Shown here in pieces: positions 7,729 through 18,413 of a stretch of DNA of 64,000 nucleotides. The translations under genes were made by a program, and so were the position numbers. Location: NCBI GenBank assembly GCA_001873435.1, contig MNZB01000003.1, positions 137,789-201,788 on the forward strand. Direction: 5' to 3'. The first letter of the stretch is position 1; the number at the start of each line of letters is the position of its first letter. A model generated the notes under the pieces. That model saw only the letters and a program-made list of their open reading frames with translations. It was not told the origin of the DNA and did not search any database. The DNA is from Candidatus Pacebacteria bacterium CG2_30_36_39. GTDB lineage: Bacteria; Patescibacteriota; Microgenomatia; UBA1400; PJMF01.

Positions 7729-9732
7729 TTAGTTTGGAGCTGGAAGATCAGAATTTGCTTGGAAACTAAAAATAGGCTGCCAATTAGTATTTTTGATCAA
7801 TTGATAACTAGTATGAGCAGCCTGAATTAGCTCCAAGTTTGTCCAAGAAGCAAAACGCAAAGTATCAAGTCCATGTTGTTGAAAACCAAACAAATCCCCA
7901 GCTCCCCTATTTTGCAAATCTCTTTCAGCCAATTTCAAACCATTATTTTCTTGAGTAAACAACTGCAAACGATCAATAGTCTCTGAAGTCTTAGAATTGC
8001 TGAATAACAAACAATAACTTTCTTGACCAGCGCGCCCCACTCTACCCCTCAACTGATGCAAGCTTGCCAACCCAAAACGCTCTGCAGCCTCAATCATAAT
8101 AATATTGGCTTGAGGCAAATCAACACCCACCTCCACAACTGGTGTTGTAACCAAAACATCAATCTTTTTGGCAAAAACACCATCAATAGCCAGTTGTTTT
8201 TCTTTTGCTGACAATTTGCCATGCAACAAACCAACTCTTAATTTAGGATTGGACTTTTGGTAAAAATCTTTAATAGTTACAAACAAATCTTTGGCTGCTG
8301 CAACATTAGAAAGAGTTTCTTGTACTGACGGCTCAATAAACGGACAGACAATCAGAGCTTGACCCTTGGTTTTTTCCAAAGTCTCACCAATCCATTGTAA
8401 TGAACTAATTTTTTTCTGATCTCCAACCAACCAGGTCTTTGTAGGCAATCTTCCTTTTGGCATTTCATCAATAATACTGAGAGTCATATGTGAAAAGAGA
8501 GTCAACATCAAACTACGAGGAATAGGTGTAGCTGATAGAGTTAGGGTATGAGGAGTTCCATGGCTCATGGTAGGCAAGGAACGCTGTTTAACACCAAAGC
8601 GATGTTGCTCATCATAAGCTACTAAAACAGGATCGATTTTTTCTAACTGATTCAGCACCGCATGAGTACCAATGTATAGAGTTGGAGTTGTTCTAACCTC
8701 AAACTTTTTAGCTTCTTTAGTTGTTAAAAGAGCCACTGGCATTGTGGGAAAAAGTTTTTTGATAGTTTCAATATGCTGTTGGGCAAGAATTTGAGTTGGA
8801 GCAACGATCACTGCATTTTTTTTGTTTAACACCACAGCAACAAAACAACCAATCCCAACCACTACAGTTTTACCAGAACCAACATCTCCAATTAACAAGC
8901 GATTCATTGGTAAATCATTTTGCAAATCACCAAGAACCTCTTGCACCGATCTTTCTTGGGCCGCAGTCAAAGCAAAAGGCAATTTATTTGCCAACCACTT
9001 ATGGTAATCATTACTTTTCTCAGGCAACTCCATAGGTAGGGCACTATGAGTATTTTTCCAAGCCTCTTTAATTTGATGTGAATGAAAAATTAAACTTAAC
9101 AACTCTTCCAAAGCTAGTCTTTCACGAGCTAATGGCACCTGATCCGCGTCTTCAGGAAAATGTAGCACCTTCAAAGCTTTGGCCAATGGCATGAGATTAT
9201 TTGGCAATAATTTATCTTGAGAATCATCTTCCAAGCGATCAATAATTTCTTTAACAATTCTTCTAAAGCTACCAACCTTAAGATGTGGACCGATTTCTGA
9301 ATACATCGGCACTAGCCTACCGGTATTAATAGTTTCTGTTTGAATTTTTTCCACCACTGGTTGAACTAAAACATTACGATCAGAAAGTTTGCCTGAAAAA
9401 AACCATTCACTTCCTTTTTTTAATTGACTACCAATAAATCTATTATTAAACCAAAAAGCATTAATTCTCCCAGTTGTATCTTGAAGAGTAGCTTTAGTCA
9501 TTACCTTGCGACCGCGATATGAAGTAGAAATCTGCATCACATGCGCCTGGAAAGTAATAACAACATCTTTTTGCAATTGATCTATAGTGCCGAATTGAGA
9601 ACGATCCTCATAGCGAAAAGGCAGTCTAAGCAAAATATCTAGGACGGAAGAAATATTCTTTGTTTCCAAATCATTTGCCAAAGTAGGACCGATGCCCTTG
9701 ACGACATGAATTGATTCTTTGAAATGATACAT
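7729..9732 (-). CDS. recG: ATP-dependent DNA helicase RecG
   Basis: Walker A GDVGSGKT, DEQH box (DEQHRFGV), helicase C motifs (QLRGRVGR). RecG-typical LTAAQERSV. Confidence 0.85.
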   Translation of the reverse strand: MYHFKESIHVVKGIGPTLANDLETKNISSVLDILLRLPFRYEDRSQFGTIDQLQKDVVITFQAHVMQISTSYRGRKVMTKATLQDTTGRINAFWFNNRFIGSQLKKGSEWFFSGKLSDRNVLVQPVVEKIQTETINTGRLVPMYSEIGPHLKVGSFRRIVKEIIDRLEDDSQDKLLPNNLMPLAKALKVLHFPEDADQVPLARERLALEELLSLIFHSHQIKEAWKNTHSALPMELPEKSNDYHKWLANKLPFALTAAQERSVQEVLGDLQNDLPMNRLLIGDVGSGKTVVVGIGCFVAVVLNKKNAVIVAPTQILAQQHIETIKKLFPTMPVALLTTKEAKKFEVRTTPTLYIGTHAVLNQLEKIDPVLVAYDEQHRFGVKQRSLPTMSHGTPHTLTLSATPIPRSLMLTLFSHMTLSIIDEMPKGRLPTKTWLVGDQKKISSLQWIGETLEKTKGQALIVCPFIEPSVQETLSNVAAAKDLFVTIKDFYQKSNPKLRVGLLHGKLSAKEKQLAIDGVFAKKIDVLVTTPVVEVGVDLPQANIIMIEAAERFGLASLHQLRGRVGRAGQESYCLLFSNSKTSETIDRLQLFTQENNGLKLAERDLQNRGAGDLFGFQQHGLDTLRFASWTNLELIQAAHTSYQLIKNTNWQPIFSFQANSDLPAPN

Positions 9733-9733
9733 C

Positions 9734-9838
9734 TTAATAACTTATAGTTAAGAGACTTAATAGACTACCTGCTACCAAAGCGATAATAGCCAAAATGGCA
9801 AAAGTCTTAACTATTTTTTCTCGTTGTTTACGTGTCAT
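9734..9838 (-). CDS. Possible 34-aa single-TM micro-protein (MTRKQREKIVKTFAILAIIALVAGSLLSLLTISY)
   Basis: ORF fills the tyrS-recG intergenic gap. Its stop abuts the recG ATG (1 nt). No SD. Confidence 0.2.
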   Translation of the reverse strand: MTRKQREKIVKTFAILAIIALVAGSLLSLLTISY

Positions 9839-9843
9839 ATCAA

Positions 9844-11046
9844 TTAAACTAATTTATAGAACCTGCGTTTACCAATTCTAATTCCAGCAACATTTTTTAA
9901 ATCTGGAATTGCTTGGATATCAGCTAATTTTATCTCATCAGGAAGCAATGAAACAGCTCCTTGCTCTATCAATCTACGGGCCTGACTATTACTTTCTCTA
10001 GTAAGCAAAACTACAATTTCATTTGCATTCTTACCCACCAAATCCTCTTTCTTTGCAGTTTCCGCAGTATCAACTAAAGTTTTGTTTTGAATTGTTGCCT
10101 CAAAATGTTTCTGAGCCTCATCAGCAGCAGTTTCATCATGATATTGACGGGTAATTTCCCAAGCCAAAATCTTTTTCCACTCCATTGGATTTTTACCTTG
10201 CTCTAAATCTTTTTTAATCTTATCTATTTCATCTTGATGAATATCAGTAAGCAAAGTGAAGTATTCCACGATTAGCTCATCAGCTACTCTCATTAACTTG
10301 CCATACATATCAAGATTAGTTTCTGTTAAAGCAACAAAGTTATTAAATGACTTACTCATTTTTCTGCCATCAGTACCATTAATAATTGGGGTAGTTAAAA
10401 CCCATTTCTCCTTATTGTTGTAGGTTTTTTGCAAAGTTCTGCCCATCATCATATTGAAAGTTTGATCAGTCCCACCAATTTCAAGATCGACATCCATTGC
10501 AACAGAATCATAGCCTTGCATCAGAGGATACATGATCTCATGACCATGAATAGGTAATCCCTTTTTCAATCTCTCTTGGAACATATCTCGTTCCATTAAT
10601 TGTTGAACAGTCGTTTTGGCCATTAATTTAATTAATTCAGCATAATTCAATTTATCTAACCAATCACCATTGTGTTTAATGGTAATCAAATCAAAATTCA
10701 AGATTTTACTTGCTTGAGCTTTCCAATTAACAAAGTTCTTTTCAATCTCCTCATCAGTCAATACTGGTCTGGACTCATCTCTGCCGGTTGGATCGCCTAT
10801 TCTTACGGTGCCATTACCAATGAGAAGAATTACTTCGTGGCCTAATTGAGCAAATTGCTGAAGCTTACGCAATACAACAGAATGTCCCAGATGCAAAAAA
10901 GAACCAGTTGGATCAATTCCCAGATATAACCTGATTTTCCCCTTTTCAAGTCTTTGCGCAAAACCATTAGTGTTGGGAAGAATTTCTGCAACCCCACGAG
11001 TCAGAACTTCTTCTATGGGAAAAGTAGTTTTTTTTAACATAATCAA
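9844..11046 (-). CDS. tyrS: Tyrosyl-tRNA synthetase
   Basis: Class I HIGH (HLGH) and KMSKS motifs. GIDPTGSFLHLGH...IGDPTG pattern typical of TyrRS. C-terminal S4-like domain. Confidence 0.85.
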   Translation of the reverse strand: MIMLKKTTFPIEEVLTRGVAEILPNTNGFAQRLEKGKIRLYLGIDPTGSFLHLGHSVVLRKLQQFAQLGHEVILLIGNGTVRIGDPTGRDESRPVLTDEEIEKNFVNWKAQASKILNFDLITIKHNGDWLDKLNYAELIKLMAKTTVQQLMERDMFQERLKKGLPIHGHEIMYPLMQGYDSVAMDVDLEIGGTDQTFNMMMGRTLQKTYNNKEKWVLTTPIINGTDGRKMSKSFNNFVALTETNLDMYGKLMRVADELIVEYFTLLTDIHQDEIDKIKKDLEQGKNPMEWKKILAWEITRQYHDETAADEAQKHFEATIQNKTLVDTAETAKKEDLVGKNANEIVVLLTRESNSQARRLIEQGAVSLLPDEIKLADIQAIPDLKNVAGIRIGKRRFYKLV

Positions 11047-11129
11047 GATTCCTATTTTTCTATTTTATACCACCTTCTTGATTTGGTCAGGGGTTCTTTG
11101 CAATAAAAACCTGTTACAATAGACCCGAT

Positions 11130-13871
11130 ATGGAGATTAATTTAACTCAACTTGGCGATCAAGCTCAAGCCATGTATCGTAAATTAATGCGCAAACTTAG
11201 AGTTTATAGCATTCGTTTTAGTAGAGGTAGAATGCGTCAAAGTCGAGTTTCTCCTGCTTTGCAAGAACTTCACAAGGCTCAAAGAATGCGTTTAATTGCT
11301 AGAGCATCTGTTGCAGGAGTAATTGTTGCTGTCGTTGGGTTTATTGGTATGTTTGCTTGGTACTCAAAGGACCTACCAAAGCCAGGAGAAGTAATTCGTC
11401 GAGATGGTTTTAGTACCAAACTTTATGATCGTAGTGGTGTTCTTCTCTATGATTTATTTGATACCGAGCGTCGCAATCCCATCAGCATCAACGGGGTTTC
11501 TGAGTATTTGAAGCAAGCCACTGTTGCCATTGAAGACAAGGATTTTTATAAGCATAGCGGCTTTGATTTTCTTACTATTGTTCGCATTCCATATAATGTG
11601 GTTTTTAAACAAAGAGTTGTGGGTGGATCCACTCTCACCCAACAGTTAGTTAAAAATGCCTTATTAAGCAATGAGCGCACTGTTTCTCGTAAATTCAAAG
11701 AACTAGTCCTTTCTATTCAAATAGAACGTACTTTTACTAAAGACCAAATTTTGGAAATGTATCTCAATGAAGCTCCTTATGGTGGAACAGCTTGGGGAGC
11801 TGGTACTGCAGCCGAACTTTATTTTAATAAATCAGCAGCAGATTTAACTTTGGCAGAATCTGCATTTCTGGCTGGTTTACCTCAAAGACCAAGTGTTTAC
11901 TCTCCTTTTGCCGGCAAAAAAGATGACAACGGCGTTCCTTATTGGAAAATTAGAACAGAAAGCGTGTTGCGAGCCATGGAAAAAAGTGGTTACATCACTA
12001 AACTACAGATGGAAGAAACAATTTCTTCCTTAGATAGCTTAGCTTTTAATTCTACTGATACAGACATTAAAGCTCCTCACTTTGTTTTTTATGTAAGAGA
12101 CAAACTTGAAGAAATGTTTGGAGCTGATTTGGTGGAACGAGGTGGTCTTAAAGTGACCACCAGCCTTGACCTAGAATTACACCAAAAAGCTCAGGCTATT
12201 GTAGCTGAGGAAGTAGCTGGAGTTGAAAGTTATCACATCACCAATGGATCGGCTGTAGTAATGAACCCCAAAACTGGTGAAATCTTAAGTATGGTTGGAA
12301 GCAAAGATTTTTTTGCCAAAGACATTGATGGACAATATAACGTTGCTGCTGATGGCTTGCGTCAACCAGGATCATCTATTAAGCCCGTAACTTATTTATC
12401 GCTATTCCGTCGTGGCTATAGCCCAGCCTCAATGATTGCTGATGTAGAAACGGTTTTTAAACCCAATGAAAATTCCGATGAATATAAGCCAAAAAACTAT
12501 GACGGCAAATTCCGCGGGCCAGTTAGTTTACGCAATAGTCTTGGTAGTTCATTAAATATCCCAGCAGTCAAAGGAGTGGCAATTGTGGGGGTTAAAGAGT
12601 TTTTACAAAATGCATATGATATGGGTTTTGTAACTTTAGAACCAACTGATGACAACATGAAACGCTTTGGTTTAGCAGTTACTTTGGGAGGCGCTGAAGT
12701 ACATTTGTTAGATACCACTACAGCATATAGTGCTTTTGCCAATGGTGGTTTAAAAGTCCAACCAGTATCAATTCTCAAGGTTGAAGATAAAGATGGCAGA
12801 GTCCTATTTGAACATAAACAAGTCGAGGGCAAGAGAGTGATGACAACTGGAGAAGCATTTTTAATTAATGATGTTTTATCAGACAACAACGCTCGCTTAT
12901 TAGCCTTTGGTGTTAACTCTTTATTAAATACTGGCAAAGCCATTGCTGTTAAAACTGGTACCACTAATGACCAACGTGATAACTGGACCATTGGCTGGAG
13001 CCAAGAAATAATGGTTGGTGTTTGGGTTGGTAATAATGACAATACTCAAATGACTAAGGTTGCATCAGGTATTACTGGCGCCTCCCCCATTTGGCGTCGT
13101 ATTATTTTTACTGCTTTAGACAAAGGCTATGGTGCTCCAGCTTGGACTGTTCCAAGTGATATTGAACAAGTAGAAGTAGATCTTGTTTCTGGCTATCCAA
13201 AACATGATGATTTTCCAGCTCGCACCGATTACTTTCTCAAAGGCACAGTACCTAGTTTGCCAGACCCAATTCACGCTAAACTACCAGTCTGTCGTGATGA
13301 TGGCAGTAAGCTGGCAACGGAAGCTAAGGTAAGTTCTGGAGATTATGACACTCGTGAATTTGTAGTTCTTCAGGAAAGAGATCCATTTAGCACTGATGGA
13401 GTCAATCGATGGCAGTTGTCTATTGATGCTTGGATAAATGGCCAGGATGACTCTAGATATAAAGTACCAACTCAGTATTGTGGAGAAACTGGTGAAGTTT
13501 ATGTTCATATTTCTAAACCAGAAAATGAAAAATCTTATAGTGACACAAAAATCGAGGTTCACATCGATGCTGGTAGCGATGCCGGTATTGAAAAAATTGA
13601 AATTTATTTGGACGGTAATAAAACTGAAACAGTCAATGATCGTAAATATCGTGGTTGGATTATTTTTCCAACTGGGAAACATGAACTATATGCCAAGGCA
13701 TTTTCTAGGGATGGCAAAGAATCAAAGAGCAATACAATCAAACTAGGTTCAGGTGGATCTGATTGGAAAGATCCAGAACCAACTGCTACACCAGTGCCAC
13801 CAAAGCCAACCGCCACGCCTATTCCAATCGTGCCCACAATAATCTTAATCTCACCTACTCCAACACCTTAA
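11130..13871 (+). CDS. Class A penicillin-binding protein (GT51 transglycosylase + transpeptidase) with ~230-aa C-terminal extension ending in a Pro/Thr-rich tail
   Basis: GT51 motifs (EDKDFYKHSGFD, GGSTLTQQLVKN), transpeptidase region, N-terminal TM. Tail PEPTATPVPPKPTATPIPIVPTIILISPTPTP. Confidence 0.85.
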   Translation: MEINLTQLGDQAQAMYRKLMRKLRVYSIRFSRGRMRQSRVSPALQELHKAQRMRLIARASVAGVIVAVVGFIGMFAWYSKDLPKPGEVIRRDGFSTKLYDRSGVLLYDLFDTERRNPISINGVSEYLKQATVAIEDKDFYKHSGFDFLTIVRIPYNVVFKQRVVGGSTLTQQLVKNALLSNERTVSRKFKELVLSIQIERTFTKDQILEMYLNEAPYGGTAWGAGTAAELYFNKSAADLTLAESAFLAGLPQRPSVYSPFAGKKDDNGVPYWKIRTESVLRAMEKSGYITKLQMEETISSLDSLAFNSTDTDIKAPHFVFYVRDKLEEMFGADLVERGGLKVTTSLDLELHQKAQAIVAEEVAGVESYHITNGSAVVMNPKTGEILSMVGSKDFFAKDIDGQYNVAADGLRQPGSSIKPVTYLSLFRRGYSPASMIADVETVFKPNENSDEYKPKNYDGKFRGPVSLRNSLGSSLNIPAVKGVAIVGVKEFLQNAYDMGFVTLEPTDDNMKRFGLAVTLGGAEVHLLDTTTAYSAFANGGLKVQPVSILKVEDKDGRVLFEHKQVEGKRVMTTGEAFLINDVLSDNNARLLAFGVNSLLNTGKAIAVKTGTTNDQRDNWTIGWSQEIMVGVWVGNNDNTQMTKVASGITGASPIWRRIIFTALDKGYGAPAWTVPSDIEQVEVDLVSGYPKHDDFPARTDYFLKGTVPSLPDPIHAKLPVCRDDGSKLATEAKVSSGDYDTREFVVLQERDPFSTDGVNRWQLSIDAWINGQDDSRYKVPTQYCGETGEVYVHISKPENEKSYSDTKIEVHIDAGSDAGIEKIEIYLDGNKTETVNDRKYRGWIIFPTGKHELYAKAFSRDGKESKSNTIKLGSGGSDWKDPEPTATPVPPKPTATPIPIVPTIILISPTPTP

Positions 13872-13876
13872 ATTAG

Positions 13877-15130
13877 TTAGCTGTTTTTATTCTTATCACT
13901 TGGCATTAAATAAATCGTGACAATGATCATTCCACCCAACCATTGGGTTAATAAATAATGATCAAGTAAAAATAGGGGTAGAACTGAAAAAGCAATTAAA
14001 CTGTGGCTGTTCCACCACTCTCTTATCTTTTTCCTTAATGAAACTAAAAACATAATTCCCAGAAAACCAGTTTCTGCTAACCAGAGCAAAAAAACATTAT
14101 GAACTGGCTGAATAAACCTAGCTATCTCATCGCTAGATTGCGGTTTTATAGCATAAAGAAAGCTATTGAGTCCTGTGCCAAAAACAGGCTGATTTTGCCA
14201 AGCTAGAACGGCCTGAGCATTAAGAAATATCCTACGTTGGAGTGACAAAAGAGGAAATTCTGTGGCCAATTTAACTAAAATTAATGGTGAAAATAAGATA
14301 GCAATAATTGTTCCAAGCTTAAATAATTTAGTGCCAACTTTTGGATATAAAAAAGACCAATTTTTAAGTACAAAGTAAAAAACTAAAACACCAATAGCTC
14401 CATAGGCTTGAGTGAGAAAAATAGTTTGACAAGTAATTGCCAATAAACCAAGTAAGAGCCAAGGTTTTTTTATTTGTTTATTATTTTTAGTTTCTGTTTC
14501 AAAAACATAAACCAAACCAACAGCCAATAGTCCAGCCAAAATATTGGGGTGAGCAGTGGTTCCATATGGAAGAATTTGTAGTTTTTCAGCTAATTGAGCT
14601 CGGCTAATATTAATGAAATTTGTCAGTTGAGATTCTCCCAGAAAACGATATGGAAGAAGATTGCTCTGATAAATAAATTGTAGATTTGCTATGAAGATTT
14701 GTAGAATTAATGCAAATAAAACTCCATATTTAAAAGCATTTAGCAATCTCGATTGTTTGACAATTAAAACCGAAAAAACAATTAACTCAAAAGCCTTAAT
14801 CAGCCAAAGAAAACTATTTAATGGTTTGGGTGTAAAAAACTGGAAGATGAAAAGTATTAAGAATAAAACACTTGTTAAGTTTAATTTGATTTTTATTTTA
14901 TGCAGTTGTCCAACTGAAAAACTTATTATTAAAACTAAAACAAATATTTCTGCTAGCCAAAACTTAGGAATCAGGTAATCACTAAAAATGCCATTAAGAT
15001 AGGCACTATTAATTTGCCATTTTAAAAATAAATTTAAGGAAGAAAAAACAACTGCAAGAATCACTAAAAGTTCTTGAATTTTTTCTTTCCAATTCATGCG
15101 TTGATTATAACTTGCCAACCAATTTGCCAT
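13877..15130 (-). CDS. O-antigen ligase (Wzy_C/WaaL) family polytopic membrane protein
   Basis: ~10 TM helices. Conserved Wzy_C-like motif GTGLNSF...HNVFLLWLAETGFLG. Confidence 0.55.
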   Translation of the reverse strand: MANWLASYNQRMNWKEKIQELLVILAVVFSSLNLFLKWQINSAYLNGIFSDYLIPKFWLAEIFVLVLIISFSVGQLHKIKIKLNLTSVLFLILFIFQFFTPKPLNSFLWLIKAFELIVFSVLIVKQSRLLNAFKYGVLFALILQIFIANLQFIYQSNLLPYRFLGESQLTNFINISRAQLAEKLQILPYGTTAHPNILAGLLAVGLVYVFETETKNNKQIKKPWLLLGLLAITCQTIFLTQAYGAIGVLVFYFVLKNWSFLYPKVGTKLFKLGTIIAILFSPLILVKLATEFPLLSLQRRIFLNAQAVLAWQNQPVFGTGLNSFLYAIKPQSSDEIARFIQPVHNVFLLWLAETGFLGIMFLVSLRKKIREWWNSHSLIAFSVLPLFLLDHYLLTQWLGGMIIVTIYLMPSDKNKNS

Positions 15131-17069
15131 TAAATTGTTTTGTTACCATTGCCACCACTTTTTCTCTCAGTGGTTTAATATTTTCATTTGCTAAGTTTTT
15201 CTTTTGATCCCAGTACTCAATGCCAAAGCTGCAGTTTTGTTGATAAACATCTTCTAGAGTAACACTTTTAATATATTGACTAAGGCCAGCTATTTCATCA
15301 ATTACTGGTCCTATTTGAGTTTCAACTGGTAAGGTAAAAGTCAAACTTTCTTTTATGCTTGAAGTCTTCGGCAGTGGTTGATAGTTGGGATGTTGTTTAA
15401 CCAATGGCAATAAAATGGCTAGCTCTATTTCTATACAAGTTAAATTATTTTCTAGCCAGATTCTACCAATCTTTATTGAGTCTACTAAAATCTCTCCATA
15501 ACTTTCCCCATTTTTTTGTTTAACAACAGGTTTAGTTAAATAGAATTTTCTCAGTAAAGCTTCGAAATCACCTTTAACTATTGCAAGTGGTTTTTGGGAT
15601 ACCAAGCTCAACAACATTGTTTCATTGGGCAATTCATTTTCTTGTGGATGATAAACATTTGCTAATTCAAATACTGATAAGTTTTCTACCTGTGGATTAT
15701 TAGCAATTGTTTCTTGAAGTGAAGGAGAAAGTGAGCGACGCAAATATACTTTATCTTCAGTTAAAGAGTTGGCTAATTGTAAGTGTCTGGTAATTTGAAA
15801 ACCACTCTGTTGAGCAATTTTTTCACTCACCATCGAGTAGGTATAAATTTCAAACCAACCTCTATCTGCTAAAAAATGCTTGATTGTTTCTTCTGCAGAA
15901 AAGTTTAGATCTTTTGGTTTAGTCAAAGGAATTTTAGTAGGCATTAGGACACTGGGTAAATTATGGTAACCATGGATGCGAGCTATTTCTTCTACAATGT
16001 CGGCTGGTATTTGTAGGTCTTTACGGAAAGTAGGAGGAACAATGTGGAAAGTATTTCTTATTACCTCCACTTTGCACTCTAGTTTCTTTAGTATTTCTAC
16101 AATTCTTTCCTTTTCAATTTCTAGACCAAGATATATATCAATTTTTTCTTTATCAAAAATAATTGGTTGTGGCTGTTCTTCTCCAGAAAAATCATCATGA
16201 ATTTTACTAGCAACAGTTGCTTCACAAAGATCTTGATAAAGTTCGATAGCTCTAACAAAAGTTGGTTCAGCTAAATGTGGATCAATCCCTTTTTCAGATA
16301 ATTGAGCAGCCACAGTTCTAATAGCATGAGACATTGAAGCAAATCTAATTTTGCTTGGTTCTAATGATTCAATCCAAAGCAAAATATTTTTTGTATCAGC
16401 ATTAACTGAGGAGTTTGCTGTGCCCTTAATTGCTGGTAGATCAATAATTTCACCTTTGGAATTTTTGAAAACAATCTCACCTCCCACGCAGCTATGCAAC
16501 TCACCATCCAAAGTTACAAAAGCCTCACCCTTCTTTGCTTCAGTAACATGAATTTCTCCACCAAGAGCCATAATTCTATCGTAATCAAAGGCATGAATAG
16601 GGTGACCAAGCTCATGAGTTACATAGTTTGTGATATCTATAGCACTGTCATGAATATTCATTTCTACTTGAGTTAAACGATCTGCCATCCATTTTGGAGT
16701 AACTGTTCTTTTAACATTTTGCAGAACTACACACAAAGTTCTTTTGCAAAATTTATGAGGATCTATGATTTTAGGTAAAGGTAATAAATTATTTTCTTTT
16801 AAATTTTTTAAGGTTAAATTTTGCTTGGCTAATTTAGCAGGAATATCAAATTGTCCTAGAATAACTGCAGCCTCGCGAGCAACACCACGAACAGACATAC
16901 TATCAACGCGGTTGGTAGTAATTTCAATGTCGTAGACTTTATCATTACCTCTTTCATAAATGCGTTCAATAGAGGGTCCGCAGAGAGAAACATATTCCTG
17001 AATTTTTGTAGGGCTTAATTCAGTTTCTAGTTGTTCAAGTAACCATTTATGAGGGATTAATATATTCAT
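15105..17069 (-). CDS. pheT: Phenylalanyl-tRNA synthetase beta subunit (shortened, 654 aa)
   Basis: Downstream of pheS. B3/B4 and B5 region motifs. The N-terminal tRNA-binding domain appears absent. Confidence 0.8.
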   Translation of the reverse strand: MNILIPHKWLLEQLETELSPTKIQEYVSLCGPSIERIYERGNDKVYDIEITTNRVDSMSVRGVAREAAVILGQFDIPAKLAKQNLTLKNLKENNLLPLPKIIDPHKFCKRTLCVVLQNVKRTVTPKWMADRLTQVEMNIHDSAIDITNYVTHELGHPIHAFDYDRIMALGGEIHVTEAKKGEAFVTLDGELHSCVGGEIVFKNSKGEIIDLPAIKGTANSSVNADTKNILLWIESLEPSKIRFASMSHAIRTVAAQLSEKGIDPHLAEPTFVRAIELYQDLCEATVASKIHDDFSGEEQPQPIIFDKEKIDIYLGLEIEKERIVEILKKLECKVEVIRNTFHIVPPTFRKDLQIPADIVEEIARIHGYHNLPSVLMPTKIPLTKPKDLNFSAEETIKHFLADRGWFEIYTYSMVSEKIAQQSGFQITRHLQLANSLTEDKVYLRRSLSPSLQETIANNPQVENLSVFELANVYHPQENELPNETMLLSLVSQKPLAIVKGDFEALLRKFYLTKPVVKQKNGESYGEILVDSIKIGRIWLENNLTCIEIELAILLPLVKQHPNYQPLPKTSSIKESLTFTLPVETQIGPVIDEIAGLSQYIKSVTLEDVYQQNCSFGIEYWDQKKNLANENIKPLREKVVAMVTKQFNGKLVGKL

Positions 17070-17078
17070 GTTTGCCTT

Positions 17079-18140
17079 TTAGAATTGTGCTAAGAAACGA
17101 GTTTCTCCAGAATAGAAATACCTAATATCATCAATATTCAGGCCTTTGCGGAGGGTATAAGTTCTTTCCACTCCCCACCCAAAAGCAAAACCAGTGTATT
17201 CCTGAGGATCAATGCCACCAGCTTTAAGAACATTGGGGTGAACCATACCAGCACCTCCTACTTCATGCCAACCAGACTTACAGAGACCACATTTTTGTTT
17301 ATCTCCATGTTCATCAGCGATAAGGCCAGTGCCATGACAAATGTGACAACTAAAATCTACTTCAAAAGATGGCTCTGTAAATTGGAAATGAAATGGACGA
17401 ATACGACTTTTTGTTCCTGGTCCATAGAATTCTTGAGCAAAATAATCTAAAGTGCCTTTTAAATGTTGAATATTAATTCCTTTATCTACAACTAAACCTT
17501 CAAATTGATGAAACATTTGAGTATGAGTAACGTCTTGTTGGCGACGATAACAACGAGCAATATTTATCATTCTAATTGGCGGTTGATGTTTGAGTCTTTC
17601 CATTTCTCTTACCTGACCATTAGAGGTATGTGGAGTAAGAACTACCTTGCCCATTTTTTTATTTGGCGGTACTTTGACAAAGAATGTTTCCCATTCATCT
17701 CTAGCTGGGTGATCGGCCGGCATATTCAAGGCTTCAAAAGCATAGTGATCCCAGTCAACTTCAGGATAGCGCACTCGTGTAAAGCCAATTTTTTGAAAAA
17801 TCCCAGAAATTTCTTCTATAGCTTGAGAAATAGGATGTACATGACCAGATTCTTGGTCTTTACCTGGAATAGTTAAATCAACCCATTTGTTTTTATGATC
17901 AACAGAGGAATTTGTTTCCAAACGATTTTGTAGATATGTTTTGAGCTCATTGAGTAATTGTCCAGCAACTTTTTTGTTTTCATTAGAAACATTTTTTATT
18001 TCTTTTGAAAGTTCATTGAACAATCCTTTTTTTCCAAGGTAGATAAGTTTTTTATCTGCATTGATTTGTTGATTTTGATCAAAATCTTTTTTAAGTTTTT
18101 CGATCTGAATCTTTAAATTGGATAAAGTATCGGCTGACAT
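17079..18140 (-). CDS. pheS: Phenylalanyl-tRNA synthetase alpha subunit
   Basis: Class II motifs (FQFTEPSFEVDF..., GWGVERT). N-terminal coiled-coil. Confidence 0.9.
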   Translation of the reverse strand: MSADTLSNLKIQIEKLKKDFDQNQQINADKKLIYLGKKGLFNELSKEIKNVSNENKKVAGQLLNELKTYLQNRLETNSSVDHKNKWVDLTIPGKDQESGHVHPISQAIEEISGIFQKIGFTRVRYPEVDWDHYAFEALNMPADHPARDEWETFFVKVPPNKKMGKVVLTPHTSNGQVREMERLKHQPPIRMINIARCYRRQQDVTHTQMFHQFEGLVVDKGINIQHLKGTLDYFAQEFYGPGTKSRIRPFHFQFTEPSFEVDFSCHICHGTGLIADEHGDKQKCGLCKSGWHEVGGAGMVHPNVLKAGGIDPQEYTGFAFGWGVERTYTLRKGLNIDDIRYFYSGETRFLAQF

Positions 18141-18377
18141 AATTTCTTTATTGTACCAGGCTAGGGAGAATTATTAAAAGGTGGTTCTCCATTATTCTGA
18201 TTCCTCTTCTTGATTATCGGTTGATTGAATAGGAAGTTTTGAGCGCAAGTTGATGACTTTTTCGAGTCTCCCAGCTTGTTTCCAATCCTCAGCTGCTTCA
18301 TAACGATCGAAGCTGTGCTGTTTAGCTAAGTGTGAGAAATAGAACATCCTTTCTCGCATTCTTCCTTTCCGAAAAAC

Positions 18378-18413
18378 CAAAAACCCCGCTCTTTTGGAGC
18401 GGGGTTGTTTTTC
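18378..18413. terminator. Bidirectional intrinsic terminator ending the infC-rpmI-rplT operon
   Basis: ccccgctc-ttttg-gagcgggg hairpin with an A-tract upstream and ttgtttttc downstream. Confidence 0.7.

Noticed and set aside
9733-11130. T-box riboswitch upstream of tyrS or pheS
   Set aside because: Leaders are too short (<90 nt) and no T-box specifier or antiterminator sequence (AGGGUGGNACCGCG) is visible.
18192-18380. 62-aa minus-strand ORF between pheS and the rplT terminator
   Set aside because: It starts immediately after an intrinsic terminator with no room for a promoter or RBS and has no motif. It could be a pheST leader region, but is unsupported as a protein.
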